A stretch of DNA of 64,000 nucleotides from Octopus vulgaris (lineage: Eukaryota). Location: contig OX597817.1 of NCBI GenBank assembly GCA_951406725.2, positions 69,750,001 to 69,814,000 on the forward strand. Direction: 5' to 3'. The notes under the pieces were generated by a model. It did not search any database. It was given only the letters and a program-made list of their open reading frames with translations, and had not been told where the DNA came from. The translations under genes were made by a program, and so were the position numbers. This document shows, piece by piece, positions 40,099 through 53,918 of this stretch (the first letter of the stretch is position 1; each line of letters begins with the position of its first letter).

Positions 40099-40524
40099 TT
40101 TAGGAAAATAAGAAATGCTTGAAGAATTCAACAATCCAATATTGGTTAGGCACATCTCCACCATCTACTCCGAAAATGGCTTATAATATCTCTGAATCAT
40201 TGATTCTTTTTTTGCCATCATCACCCTCATCTCCATCTTCTCTATTTCCCATTATATCTATTTATTTTGAATCTATTGTTGTTGTTTTAGTTGTTGTTAT
40301 TATTTTTGTTGCTTCGTCATTGACAAGATTTTCTCAAGAACAATAATAACAACAATTATGAAATAATGATTTCTAATATAGAAACAAAGCCATGCATTTA
40401 GCGAGAAGGAATACAGGCTTAATTTGAACTAAGTATTGAAGTGGTGTTTAAGTTTATTTATTTATTTATTTATTTATTATCCCTGGTAGGATGAAAGATA
40501 AATTTGATTTCGACAGTAGTAGTA

Positions 40525-40589
<65 letters not shown>

Positions 40590-40645
40590 TGTAGTAGTAG
40601 TAGCAGTAGTAGTGGTGGTGGTGGCTGTGGTGGTGGTGGTAGATT

Positions 40646-40877
40646 GGCGGCGAGCTGGCAGAATCGTTAGCACACCGGGCGAAATGCTTAGCGGTATTTC
40701 GTCTGCCGCTACGTTCTGAGTTCAAATTCCGCCGAGGTCGACTTTGCCTTTCATCCATTCGGGGTCGATAAATTAAGTACCAGTTACGCACTGGGGTCGA
40801 TATAATCGACTAAATCAGTCTGTCTGTCCTTGTTTGTCCTCTCTGTATTTACCTCCTTGTGGGTAGTAAAGAAATAG

Positions 40878-40880
<3 letters not shown>
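40646..40880 (+). mobile_element. SINE family A, tail A, within (GTA)n
   Basis: Full consensus match, ending AAAGAAATAGGTA(GTA)n. Confidence 0.92.
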
Positions 40881-40950
<70 letters not shown>

Positions 40951-40952
<2 letters not shown>

Positions 40953-41580
40953 ACCGACAAACTATTGAATTTCTGGATTCTTTTACGTACCTAGGCAGTA
41001 ACGTTGAGAGAAATAGAAAATCAGAAACTGTTGTCAAGTCTAGATTTGGTTAAACGATGGCAGTTTTCGAAAGATTAACGCCAATATGGTTATGTTTTTC
41101 CATTCACCAAATGATTAGCTTCGTCTGTGAGCATCCAATGTCATTCCTGTGGTATCGTATGCAAGTGGAATATAGAGGCAGTTTTATATTATGGTGAAGC
41201 AAGAAAATTGCGTTGTCGAGGCGGGTAACATGTCGGATATAAAGGTGGACTAAGGTGGACTATGTACCGGTGCTTTAGAAATATCCTGAAGACTACGTGG
41301 CATGACAACATCTGATATGATGAAATCATGAGAAGAGCTGTTGTGAATAAGCTGCATGACATCATCACAGTTAGACGAAGGGAGCTGTTTGGCCATATGT
41401 TGCGCTTACCGTTGGAGAGACTAGCAAGGACAGCTGTCATCTGGACAGTTGGCGGAGGAAGGAAAAAGAAAGATAATCCGGTAAGGACACGATAAAGAGT
41501 TGTAGGGGATGACTTGATCGTACTGGGTATCATTTGAGAAGATTAGTTGTACTTTGGCCCAGAATAATAACGATTGGGGG
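40951..41580 (+). mobile_element. Decayed RTE-clade ORF 3' fragment
   Basis: FLDSFTYLGS...KSRFG*, CFRNILKTTW and FGHMLR are RTE C-terminal motifs. Confidence 0.7.
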
Positions 41581-41911
41581 AACACTCACCACCCGTTATC
41601 ATTTGACCTAACGAAAATAGCATAAACATCAAATAGAAATGAAATTTAAAACGTGTTTGTACTTGATGATTAGTGAACAAAATGCAGTGTAACAGTCATA
41701 AATCCTTGAAAGAGCCAAACAAACATCAAAACTCTCAATGTTCTAAAATCGTGATTCCCAATGTGGGGCATGACAATATATTGGTGGGGCATGGTAATAT
41801 TTTGGTGAGGCATGCGTAAGATTATGCTGAATTCTGTACCTTTTGTACACAATGTTCAGTATACCAATAGAGTAAGGGGGCAATTCGAGAATTAAAAAAG
41901 TTCTTTACATC

Positions 41912-41994
<83 letters not shown>

Positions 41995-41997
<3 letters not shown>

Positions 41998-42370
41998 TAC
42001 TCTTTTACTTGTTTCAGTCCTTTGACTGCGGCCATGCTGGAGCACCGCCTTTAGTCGAGCAAATCGACCTCGGGACTTATTCTTTGTAAGCCCATTACTT
42101 ATTCTATCGGTCTCTTTTGCCGAACCGCTAAGTAACGGCGACGTAAACTCACCAGCATCGGTTGTCAAGCAATGCTAGGGGGACAAACACACACACACAA
42201 ACATGAACACACACACACACATATATATATATACATATATACGACGGGCTTCTTTCAGTTTCTGTCTACCAAATCCGAGGCTATAGTAGAAGACACTTGC
42301 TCAAGATGCCACGCAGTGGGACTGAACCCGGAACCATGTGGTTGGTAAGCAAGCTACTTACCACACAGCC
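41995..42370 (-). mobile_element. SINE family B
   Basis: Reverse consensus match. The tail runs into (GA)n. Confidence 0.9.
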
Positions 42371-42716
42371 GTAGAAACGGGAAAAACATTAAAAAAAACA
42401 AACAAGAAAACGAAAAACAAAAAACAAGAAAACGAAAAAAACAGTTACAGGACGAGCTACACAAGGAAAAAAACCCCGTCATCAGCTGTCGCTAGTGGAG
42501 TCAAGCATGTTTCGAAGGCAGAGACAGAACACTAATCCAATAGGCCTTCCTGCGAGAGAATTAAAATAAAATTCCAAGCAGCGGGGCAAAATGAGTACGA
42601 ACACGAACAGGACGTAACAATAAGACTGCGTTTTCTTGTTTTTTGTTTTTCGTTTTCTTGTTTTTGTTTTTTTGTTTTTCCCGTTTCTACGTCTTATTGT
42701 GGTGTCCTGTACTCAT
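42371..42716. repeat. Fold-back element with two pairs of inverted arms
   Basis: GTAGAAACGGGAAAAAC...CAAGAAAACG (42371-42434) is inverted at about 42629-42690. About 42591-42627 is imperfectly inverted at about 42690-42716. Confidence 0.75.
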
Positions 42717-42884
42717 GTATAATTATTTATATATGCATGCATATATACATGTAGATGTAGGTACGTACATATATGTTTGTATGTATGCATATATTTTTAT
42801 TTATCACCTTATTGTCTGACAGCGCCCCACATCAGGTTCGTTTGGATTCGTCGTCTCGTTCCACCTCTTGGTTCCTGTTATTTT

Positions 42885-42949
<65 letters not shown>

Positions 42950-42964
42950 TATATACATAAAACT

Positions 42965-43556
42965 TAGATATGTTTCGACCAAAGATTAGTCCAAGCCATG
43001 TCTAACTTAATAGCACCACCTGATAGCATTATCTAAATCCTGCTTAAGTCAAGTTTTGTTTATGGTCCATTCAAGTAGTGAGTTTTTGTTGGGTGAGTTG
43101 TATCCAATTATGGGTGGCTTATCTGGTATTCCTTGAAGGAATCTACCCAGACCCCGTTTAAAGTTGATGGGCTGCTTTTCCTCTTTGATCTCTTTCGGGA
43201 CAATGTTAAATAGGACAGGGCCTGTTGAGGAAAAGAAATTATGTTGCAGTGTACATGTATGCTGTGATCTTGAATTGGGCAGGGGACGTATGGCCCGTGG
43301 TCCCAGTCTTGGATGAACCTTGAAGCTAATGTTCAGATAGTTTGGGCAAAGTTGGCGGTATATTCTCCACATCGTACAAATGATGTACCGCTCACGGCGA
43401 CGCTGGAGAGAGTAGAGTTTCAAGGATTTAAGGCGGTCCCAATAATCGAGAGCAGCCATTCCTTCAATTCGTTTAGTGAGTGCCCTCTGGGGTGATTCAA
43501 TCCTCGAGCTGTTTTGTCTTGTATGGGGAGACCACAGTGGGCAGCAGTATTCGAGG
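42965..43556 (-). mobile_element. CR1-group LINE 3' fragment between (TA)n arrays
   Basis: Translates to LEYCCPLWSP...ESPQRALTKRI.GM..LDYWDRLKSLKLYSLQRRRERY. Confidence 0.85.
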
Positions 43557-43650
43557 TATATATATCAAATACAGTGGAAAATTCGTTATAGTACCACTAA
43601 ATTGAATTTCTCTTCCCTGTAGACTCGGAAATAAATTATCTAATGTTAAG

Positions 43651-43722
<72 letters not shown>

Positions 43723-43787
43723 GTTTAAATATTTGTTGTGCAAGATTTTTTATTGGCTAAACTGGCAATATGACCATTCCGAAATAT

Positions 43788-43843
<56 letters not shown>

Positions 43844-43848
43844 GTATG

Positions 43849-43898
<50 letters not shown>

Positions 43899-44039
43899 CA
43901 TACATACATACATTTATATATGTATACACACACACATATATATATACATATTAGGAGCCTGAAGTAACAGACAACCGCCAGAAGGTTGAAGAAAAGTATT
44001 AAGGAATCTCAAAACAAAAGTAAATTGAAAATGAGATTA

Positions 44040-44545
44040 GAAAAATGTGATTCTAAGACGTCGGGAAGAGAGGGAGAGAAAAAAAGAATCCCTACATATG
44101 AGAATAATAAACAAAGGAAGTAGTGGATAAAGATAAGATTCTGCAATGGCTTGGAAAGGCAGGATTTAAACCTGAAATCGAAAAACTTTTGGATGGCGGC
44201 ACAAGACCAAATGTACATACATACATGCATATTTGTAAACTGGTCATACTTCAAGAATCATGCGAAGAATTCTTGTAGTTCCAAGCAATGCTGATTTTTG
44301 TAGGTGTTCTACCTTCACACTTGCACCAGTCTTTTTTTTAAATCTATGTTGGTAGCTGAGTGTTGATACTTCCAAGTGCACTAATTACTATTGCTATCAC
44401 GTCTACTCTTCTCATTGACCACATCCATCGTATTTCCCACTTCAAATCGTCATAGTTGTTTATTTTTCTTCCTTCAAACTGATACTGTTGTCACCGGGGC
44501 AAGCTATGTCGATTATCATACATATTCTTTCTTTACACACGTTTT
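44040..44545. mobile_element. Two opposed R4/Dong-like fragments (+ ~44040-44212; - ~44250-44545)
   Basis: Plus strand: WL...FKPEIE..MAAQDQ. Minus strand: IIDIACPGDN. Confidence 0.7.
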
Positions 44546-44839
44546 AAGTGTTTGAATACTGAGAAAAGTGATAACGAATAGTTTACCACACACCAGGGAC
44601 TTACTGCTAAAAAGGATCGTTATTATTATAGGTGGAACGTCCACTTCAGCTTTTTATACAGGGTTAGTGGTGGAAAAGTGCGACGACGTTCTTGGGGAAA
44701 CCTTGGGAAGATCAGCTAGTCGCTGATCTTTGTTTAGTCCTGTACTGTCCATAATGATTTTCTTAATGTAAACCCTTGTGGTTAAAAAAGAAATTACCAC
44801 CATCATCATCATCATCATCATCATCATCACCACCATCAC

Positions 44840-44920
<81 letters not shown>

Positions 44921-45234
44921 TATGATGATGATGATGTTTTTTCCTTCTTTCTTCAAATTTTCTTCGGTTTCTCGCCGAGTGGTTTCCATACACCTAGGGC
45001 AGAGAAGCTCATTGTATGCATTCCCAGATTACACACGCAAATTCACAGATAAAATATGTATTTAAAAATTAATAAATAAATTCTTGGATGGATGTTGTTT
45101 TCACAGCGATAATGCTCGTCTCAGTACATGAGCCGTTCCACTTAATCCTGTAGGGATGGTAAGCCGGGAATCATTTTCAAATAGGTTTCAGTACCTTTTT
45201 TTTATCATTCCTAGAGATCCTACAATCGCTGTAA

Positions 45235-45307
<73 letters not shown>

Positions 45308-45427
45308 TTTGGCAGGAGTGGGCTGTTTGAATAAATTGGCCCCAGTGTTCAACTGGTGCTTATTCTATCGACATCGAGAAAAATGGAGGGCTAATTTGAA
45401 CTCCGTGGAATTTAAGCTTTAATACAA

Positions 45428-45652
45428 AAACCTAGAAATTCGAATGTGGAGTCTAAAAACAGAAACAATTCCTCAAACAGTAGGCGCATTAGGTATGATA
45501 CAAAAAATATTCAGACAAATACATAGCAAAAACACCAGGACTAACAAATATATAAATAATATACAGAAAATAGCACTACTAAGCACCGCACGCATCCTAC
45601 GCAAAACAATTTCAATACAGTGAAAATAAGAACATCAATAATAATAATTATA

Positions 45653-45701
<49 letters not shown>

Positions 45702-45702
45702 C

Positions 45703-45761
<59 letters not shown>

Positions 45762-46036
45762 CAATAAATAATAAATCTCAGAGCGAGTTACAAACAGTAG
45801 CTATAACACATCGTGACGTATATTCGCCATTTAAACATGGCTAACCCCTAAGGGTGGATGCTACAGTAGTTTGTAGCCCCAGGGGGATACCTCCTCCAGC
45901 TGGCTATAGACACACTTTCTGTACCCTATCAGTATTTGCAAAGGGAAACCATCCTTCCCGTCTTCAACTTATGATACATACGGACTCGAGTTTGTGGGTA
46001 TTGACCCGTCATCGGCGTGTGACAATCACAGTTGTC

Positions 46037-46111
<75 letters not shown>

Positions 46112-46460
46112 TAAAAATAATAATAATAGCGAAGTTGCTTACTAATTGTGTCCATCATGTCCGTTGGATTCCAGGATCATAAAGAAAGAGGACGAAAAGA
46201 ATGCAATCTCTTAAAATTTGAAATTGCAAGAATTTGGAATATGAAAGCACCTATAATGATTGGTGCATTGGGAGCTGTAAGTAAAAATATAGGCAAACAG
46301 TCGAAGAAGACTGGAATAGCAAGTCCCGTAGAGCTTCTACAGAAAGTTTGCCACTTAGGGACAGGAAACGTTATCAGTGGGGTTCTAAGCACTTGAAAGA
46401 CTGTTGAAAACTTGTGGGTACCTAAGGTTACAGGTTAGTAACCCGCTACCTACGTAAATC
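45428..46460 (+). mobile_element. Two R4/Dong-like C-terminal fragments (~45428-45637; ~46165-46460) among (TAA)n arrays
   Basis: VGALG...QKIALLSTARILRK and IGALGAV...LLQKVCHLGT. Confidence 0.75.
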
Positions 46461-46507
46461 CTATCAGGAAGAAGAAGACCGAACCAGAGTCAAATCAACA
46501 ACAACAT

Positions 46508-46652
<145 letters not shown>

Positions 46653-46689
46653 TAATAATAATAATATTATAATAATAATAATAATAATA

Positions 46690-46739
<50 letters not shown>

Positions 46740-46882
46740 AATAATGGTGATGAGGATGATGTTACTGACAATGACGACGACGATGATGGTCGATATTCTG
46801 TTGTTCAAGTAGAAGTTCTTATAAAATTGTCCTTAAATTACGGAGCGAAAAAACTGTATGTAAAAGTTGAAATTAGATGCAA

Positions 46883-46923
<41 letters not shown>

Positions 46924-46925
46924 TG

Positions 46926-47027
<102 letters not shown>

Positions 47028-47273
47028 GTAATAATAATAATAATGATGATGATGATAATAATAAACATTCTATATCTTTGAAAAGAAGTTTTATGGAAGA
47101 AAATTCGATTTCCAATTCTACTGAAAGAAGTAAAAAATCAATGACGATCATTGAGAACCGACAATAGTATTTTAGATAGAACTACATAAAAGATGTATGT
47201 ATGTATGTATGTATGTATGTATGTATGTATGTATGTATGTATGTATGTATGTATGAATGCCTATATGTATGCG

Positions 47274-47344
<71 letters not shown>

Positions 47345-47448
47345 ATGCATGAACGTGTATATTTTTAAGTACGTGTTTGTAAGTATATATGTGTTTATGA
47401 GTGTATGCATAATTGTATGTATGTATGTATGTAAACCATATATAAATA

Positions 47449-47492
<44 letters not shown>

Positions 47493-48187
47493 CATACGTA
47501 TGTACATTTATATACATATATATGCATGTGTATATATATATATGTATATGTATATATATGCATATATATATATATACGTACATGTGTATGCATGTGTGTG
47601 TGAATATGTGTGTGTATGAGTTTATGCATAATGTATGTATATAAACCATATATGAATATATATGCGTGTGTATATATATATATATATTATATATATACAC
47701 ACACACATATATGTACATTTATATACATATCTATACATGTGTATAAATATGTGTAAGTATATATGTATATGTGTATATATATATACGTGCATGTGTATGC
47801 ATGTATGTGTGTTTATGTGTGTGTGTGTATGTATATGCATGTATGTGTATACATGTATTTTTACTCTACCTAATTGCAGACGAAATTTGTTTTGGCCAGC
47901 CACCTGTTCGGTAGCAAAACTGTGAAGGAAAGACAATTTTGACAAAAAAATAAAAAATGCGGGCAAATTTGTAAGGGGTTTATGCGTTCTTTTAGTCATC
48001 CTTTACGCAACCATATGTTTCGTAAACGTGTGTCTGCATGTATACATTTGTGTATGTCGATATACATTCTTTATACATATGTAAGTATGTATGCAGCGTA
48101 AATAATACGTTTGTATGCATGTATGTATGTGAGTATGTATGCACCGCCATCTGTCTGCGGATGCATATTTATATGTACATGTGTGTT

Positions 48188-48258
<71 letters not shown>

Positions 48259-48274
48259 GTATTCTATTATTCTG

Positions 48275-48627
48275 CAGCCATGTCGGGGCATCACGTTAAA
48301 GAATTTTAGTCGGAAGAATCGACCACAGTTTCTGTCTTTTTTTTACCTGGTACTAATACTATCAGTGTCTTGTGGCAAACCGCTAAGTTGTGAGGATGTA
48401 AACACTCCAACACTTGCTGTCAAGCAGTGGTGTGAAACAAACACACACACACACATACGTTTATACATATACGACGGGATTCTTTCAGTTTCCGTTTACC
48501 AAATCGACTTACAAGGCTTTGGTTGGCTCGGGGATATAGTAGACATGTGCCCAAGGTGGTACGCAGTGGGACTGGATGCAGAATGATATCGTTGAGAAAA
48601 AACTCCTTACCACATAGCCACGCCTGC
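48275..48627 (-). mobile_element. SINE family B, diverged
   Basis: Reverse consensus match. Confidence 0.8.
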
Positions 48628-48737
48628 ACTTGCGTATGTATCTCTGTATGTACGTACATATGCATCTATATATGCATTTGTGTAAGTATGCGTATGTATG
48701 ACTTAGTATGTATGTGCATATATGAACTTATGTATAA

Positions 48738-48848
<111 letters not shown>

Positions 48849-49844
48849 TCTGTATATGCATAGCTATATCAATATCCGTGGGTATGCAAGCATGTGTTAT
48901 ATATATAAATGTGTGTAAACAATTATGCATTGTACATATGTTTGCACATGTGAATACATATATGTATTATATGTGTTATATATTGATAATATATATGCAA
49001 ATACACACATACATATATGTGTGTATATAATTTCACATGAAGTTATGCATGTGTGTGTGCGTATGTGTGTGTATATACATATATACATACGTACAATGTG
49101 CGATGGGTAAATTGTCGTTATTTTATATTTTTAATTTCACGTATGCACATTGTTTGTTTTCGATTTTGTTGACTACACAGTATAGTAGGGTCAGTTGGGC
49201 ACCGTCTGTGAGAAAAAACAGCACCAAGACGCAATACACTTTGACAAAAATTTAGAAAATACATACTATATTCCTTTGTGTGTATGTATATGTGTATGTG
49301 CATATGCGATTAAATACGCCTGCACATGTATACTTTTAAGTTTCTGTGTAAGTACATATGCAGTTATGCATGTATGTATATATATCATTTTATATGTATG
49401 TATGCAAATATGCATATATATACATCTATATATTTTCAACAATTTACAAGAATTTGACAGTTTGTGAAAGAACTGACAAGACTGCTCTTTTCCAAGTCCC
49501 TTTAGAGTTTATTGGAGGAATATAGACAAGAGAAAAAGGAAAAGAAAAAAGAAAAGGAAAAGAAAAAGGGAAAAGGAAAATGGTTCGTTATGTCTTTAGG
49601 CTTAAGGAACTTCTTTGCTTTTTGCCTTTTTCTTTTCCTTTTTCTTTCTCTCCTGTCTCTATTCCTCCGATACACTTTAAATCTTTCTGATGTTTGTTAA
49701 ATGGAACGAGATAAATGTAAATTTACCTAAAAAATTACAAACTGAAACAGCTGTAAATGTTTTTAACTACAATTAAACTGTAACCTTTTAATACTAATGA
49801 TCAACTTCTAACTGTTAATTATTGCTAAATTTCTTTTCTTATCC

Positions 49845-50025
49845 GTGTGTGCGCGTGTTGTCCTCCCACCTCGGGATCTTTCTTTCTCCTATGTTTCCGA
49901 CGAAGAGCTCCGCTCGAAACGTCATACCCTCCTTCTTCCCATTTTTCCTGAGCGCCTAATAATACTTTAATTGTTCCACCTCCTCGCGTTGTTGTCTTTT
50001 TTGTTTTCTTGTTTGGATTAACTTT
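49845..50025 (+). mobile_element. Second copy of the hammerhead-bearing repeat
   Basis: GUUU-CCGACGA-A-GAGC(UCC)GCUC-GAAAC-GUC at 49893-49923, with core U4 changed to C. Ends GGATTAACTT(TA)n. Confidence 0.75.
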
Positions 50026-50506
50026 ATATATATATATATATAGGAGAAATATAAAAATATATAAAAGGACCAAAAATACTGGAGATTCAGTATACCCCAC
50101 GTGGCAAAATTATGTAATTCAAAAGGGCACAACCTTGTTATATATGCTGTTTCTAGCAGGCTCTGCGACTATATAGAGCAACCATGGGCAAGCTGCTGGG
50201 TGTGAGACTTTCTGAACGGCGCACCTAACAAAATGGTTACCTTGAATTCTTTTAAGGTTTCTTTTGGTAGTGTGACCTGTCTTATGATGAGTCGTATCTC
50301 ATTCGTCCCACTTCTCGAAAAAAAAAAGAAAAATGTTGCTCACGCATGCGAACATGTAGAGATTCACTTCTTAGATCTTAGCTCTCCCGCATCAGCTGTA
50401 ATAGTAATACTTGAGCTACTAGTAGTAGTAGTAGGAGTAGTAGTAGTAGTAGTAGTAGTACTACTACTACTACTACTAGCGGCCGTGGTGGTGGTGCTGG
50501 TGCTTT

Positions 50507-50539
<33 letters not shown>

Positions 50540-50910
50540 GCGGTGGTGCTGGTGCTGGTGTTTTCTTTAACCTCAGGCTGGTTTATTTTTTGTATATCTA
50601 CTTTATCTAGATGACATCAATGCTTGCAATTGTAATTCGAGAAGTGTGCGTGTGTGTGTGAGTGGGGGCGGGTTGAGATCTGGCTGCTTTTTTTCTTCAC
50701 GGGTCGAACGACTATGCAAATGCTGCTTTTACTTGACCTGTTATTTCATTCTCTACGTAGACATTGATGTCGCGTGGCATTCTATTAAGCGCTTTCATAC
50801 GCACCATTTTTTCTTCTTCTTAATGTTGTTTTTTCTCTTCTTATTCTCTCTTTTACTCTCTTTACTCTTTTACTTATTGGAACGCGTATTGGAACGCGTA
50901 CATCGTATCT

Positions 50911-51311
50911 CTTTTTTACTCTTACTCCTTTACTTGTTTCAGTCATTTGACTGTGGCTATGTTGGAGCACCGCCTTTAATCAAGTAAATCGACCACAAGA
51001 CTTATTCTTTGTAAGCTTAGTACTTATTCTATCGGTCTCTTATGCCGAACCGCTACGTTACGGGGGACGTAAATACACCAGCATCGGTTGTCAAGCGATG
51101 TTGGTGGGACAAGCATAGACATACAAGCATTTACACACACGTATATATATATACATATATATGACGGGCTTCTTTCAGTTTCCGTCTACCAAATCCCCTC
51201 ACAAGGCTTTGGTCGTCCCGAGGCTATAGTAAAAGACACTTGCCCAAGGTGCCATACTGAACCCGGAGCCATGTGGTTGGTAAGCAAGCTATTTACCACA
51301 CAGCCACTCCT
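50911..51311 (-). mobile_element. SINE family B
   Basis: Reverse consensus match. Confidence 0.9.
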
Positions 51312-51811
51312 ACTCTCTCTATACTTTAGTGATCCAACATACTGAACACATTGAAAAACCGAAGTTAACCCCGTGGCTAGGAAAAGGCAGTTTTTAGTTG
51401 ATTGAAATTTCAGCACTTGCAATTCCATTGTATCTTTTATTTGATTTTATTACTGAAAAAATATAATTTCATTGTATTATTGAAATATTGTCCTAATGTT
51501 CGAATTGATTAGTTCACAGAAGAAGAGAAAAGAGAATATAGATATAAAATAAATATCAAATATATAAAAATAAAAAGGCCAAAAGTAGCATGAAATAATT
51601 AATAAAAAAATATGCGTAACATCTAGTCACGATATCCACGACTAAGAAAATATAAATGCATATCTGAGTCTAATGCAATGTAATACCATTGATATTCTCA
51701 TGCAACGAACCAGCGAGAGAGCTTCAAGGTGGTAGCTTGACCTGCTAGAAATAGCAATTAAATCTTTATCAAAGAACAACACACTACTGACTCGCAAAAT
51801 ATACCTTACAC

Positions 51812-52211
51812 CAGTGGTTCTCAACTATTCTTTTATAAATGGATCCCTTTGATTACTGCTTCATTCTGTTGAACCCCGATATCCATTCTATGTTTAAAAA
51901 CTAGTTTTATCGACGCATTTTTCAACATTCCGGTTTTGTTTGTCCCTTGTTCACTTGTGTAAATTTGCAATAGCACTCTCTGAGAGAACATATTTCAGCG
52001 GCAGAAAACATGTTGAACTCTGCGAAATATTAGAGAAGCAAACAGAGTTGTTTTCTGCAATAAATACTTCTAAATCAAAATTTTTCCACGGACCCTTAAA
52101 ATACAGTAGTATTTTAAGGGTCCGTGGAAAAATTTACTATCCCCAATTTACTATTTTGCCTGCTCCCCCCAACCACCAAATTCTTATATGCACTCCGTTT
52201 GAGAACTATTG
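51812..52211. mobile_element. hAT-like MITE
   Basis: TIRs CAGTGGTTCTCAAC / TTTGAGAACTATTG. No clear TSD. Confidence 0.55.
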
Positions 52212-52459
52212 CGTCAGATAATATGGTCACATACGTGTCCAGTAGATAGAGGGAAAAGCTGGGGCGAGTTGCTAGAATAGGCAATAAGTTATTTTTATTT
52301 ATCTCTAGTTCAGTCTTGTTCCAGTTGATCCGATGATGAAAGAAATTCTATTAATGACTAACCAGTATTTTATATATTCAAATCGAATAATCAAACATTA
52401 AAAATAACAATAACATACAAGAGGGCGTGTGCATGGAATATATTAGCTTGACACTTGAT

Positions 52460-52560
52460 AAAAAGAGAAAGTTTTTGACGTTTCGGGCGTAGCTCTTTGT
52501 CATGAAGGAAAACAGAAAAGTTCAGAAAAGGGAAAATATCACCAACAATACGTGTATAGT
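52460..52560 (-). mobile_element. Third, degenerate copy of the hammerhead-bearing repeat
   Basis: Reverse complement reads ATGACAA-AGAGCTACGCCC-GAAAC-GTC-AAAAAC. Confidence 0.55.
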
Positions 52561-53509
52561 CAAAATTTTGACAGGGGATGTATGTATGTGTGTGTGTAAT
52601 ATTTTACTTGTGTCAGTCATTGGACTGCGACCATGCTGGGGTGCTATCTTGAAGGGTTTAGTCGAATAAATCTACCCCGACACTTACTGTTTTTGTTTGT
52701 TTTTAAATTTGATATTTATTCTGCCGGCCTCTTTTGCCGAACCACTAAGTTATGGAAGCATAAGCAAACCAATACCGGTTATCAAGTAATAGGGAGACAG
52801 ACATAAACACACACACACACACACGCACATACACACACATGTACACACGTACATGTACACACCCTTATATATACATATATATGTATACATATATGTGCGT
52901 ATCCATGTATGTGATTATATATGTATATGCATACATATAATATATGTGTGTGTATATGTGTGTGTGTGCGCGTTTACGTCATGCACGCACACATCATAGA
53001 TATTTTTTGTGTGTATGTGTTGTGTCAAATATTAAGCGAAGATCAATTTGTAGAAGAGATACTTGTGAGAGAGTAAATAAAATAGATAAACAGGAAAGAA
53101 AGAGAGGGGGAATAAGGAAAGAGAGCAGGAGAGGTAGAAAGAAAGTGGGAAAGACAGAGAGAAAGGAAAAGGAAATTGAAGAGAGGTGGTGACCAACAAA
53201 TCAAAAACAAATGGAAACAGTTTTCTGTGAAAAGATTATTGCTTTACAAATGGTGCTAACAAGAATTCCTGAAAATAAACACACCTGATGCTAATATTAA
53301 CGGTTATGTTAACATTCTGAATTCAAATATCACTTAGGTCTGCAATGCTTTTCTTCCTTCCTTCCAGGGTCGATAAAATGATACCAGTCACGTTCTGAAA
53401 TTGATTGAATCGATTATATCCCGCCACTATATAAGAAACTAATTTAATGATAACCGCCATTTTCCTCTGTTATGCTGAATGATGAATTTCATTGAAATTA
53501 GTGAATATA

Positions 53510-53918
53510 TGCGCAGGAGTGGCTGTGTGGTAGCTTGTTTACCAACCACATGATTCCGGGTTCAGTCCCACTGCGTGGCATCTTGGGCAAGTGTCTTCTG
53601 CTATAGCCTCGGGCCGACCAAAGCCTTGTGAGTGGATTTGGTAGACGGAAACTGAAAGAAGTCCGTTGTATATATGTATATGTATATATGCATGTGTGTG
53701 TTTTTGTGTCTGTGTTTGTCCCCCTAGCATTGCTTGACAACCGATGCTGGTGTGTTTACGTCCCCGTTACTTAGCGGTTCGGCAAAAGAGACCGATGGAA
53801 TAAGTACTGGGCTTACAAAAGAATAAGTCCCGGGGTCGAGTTGCTCGGTTAAAGGCGGTGCTCCAGCATGGCCACAGTCAAATGACTGAAACAAGTAAAA
53901 GAGTAAAAGAGTAAAAAA
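53510..53918 (+). mobile_element. SINE family B, full length
   Basis: Full consensus match. A 3'-half copy also lies at about 52605-52800 (-). Confidence 0.92.
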
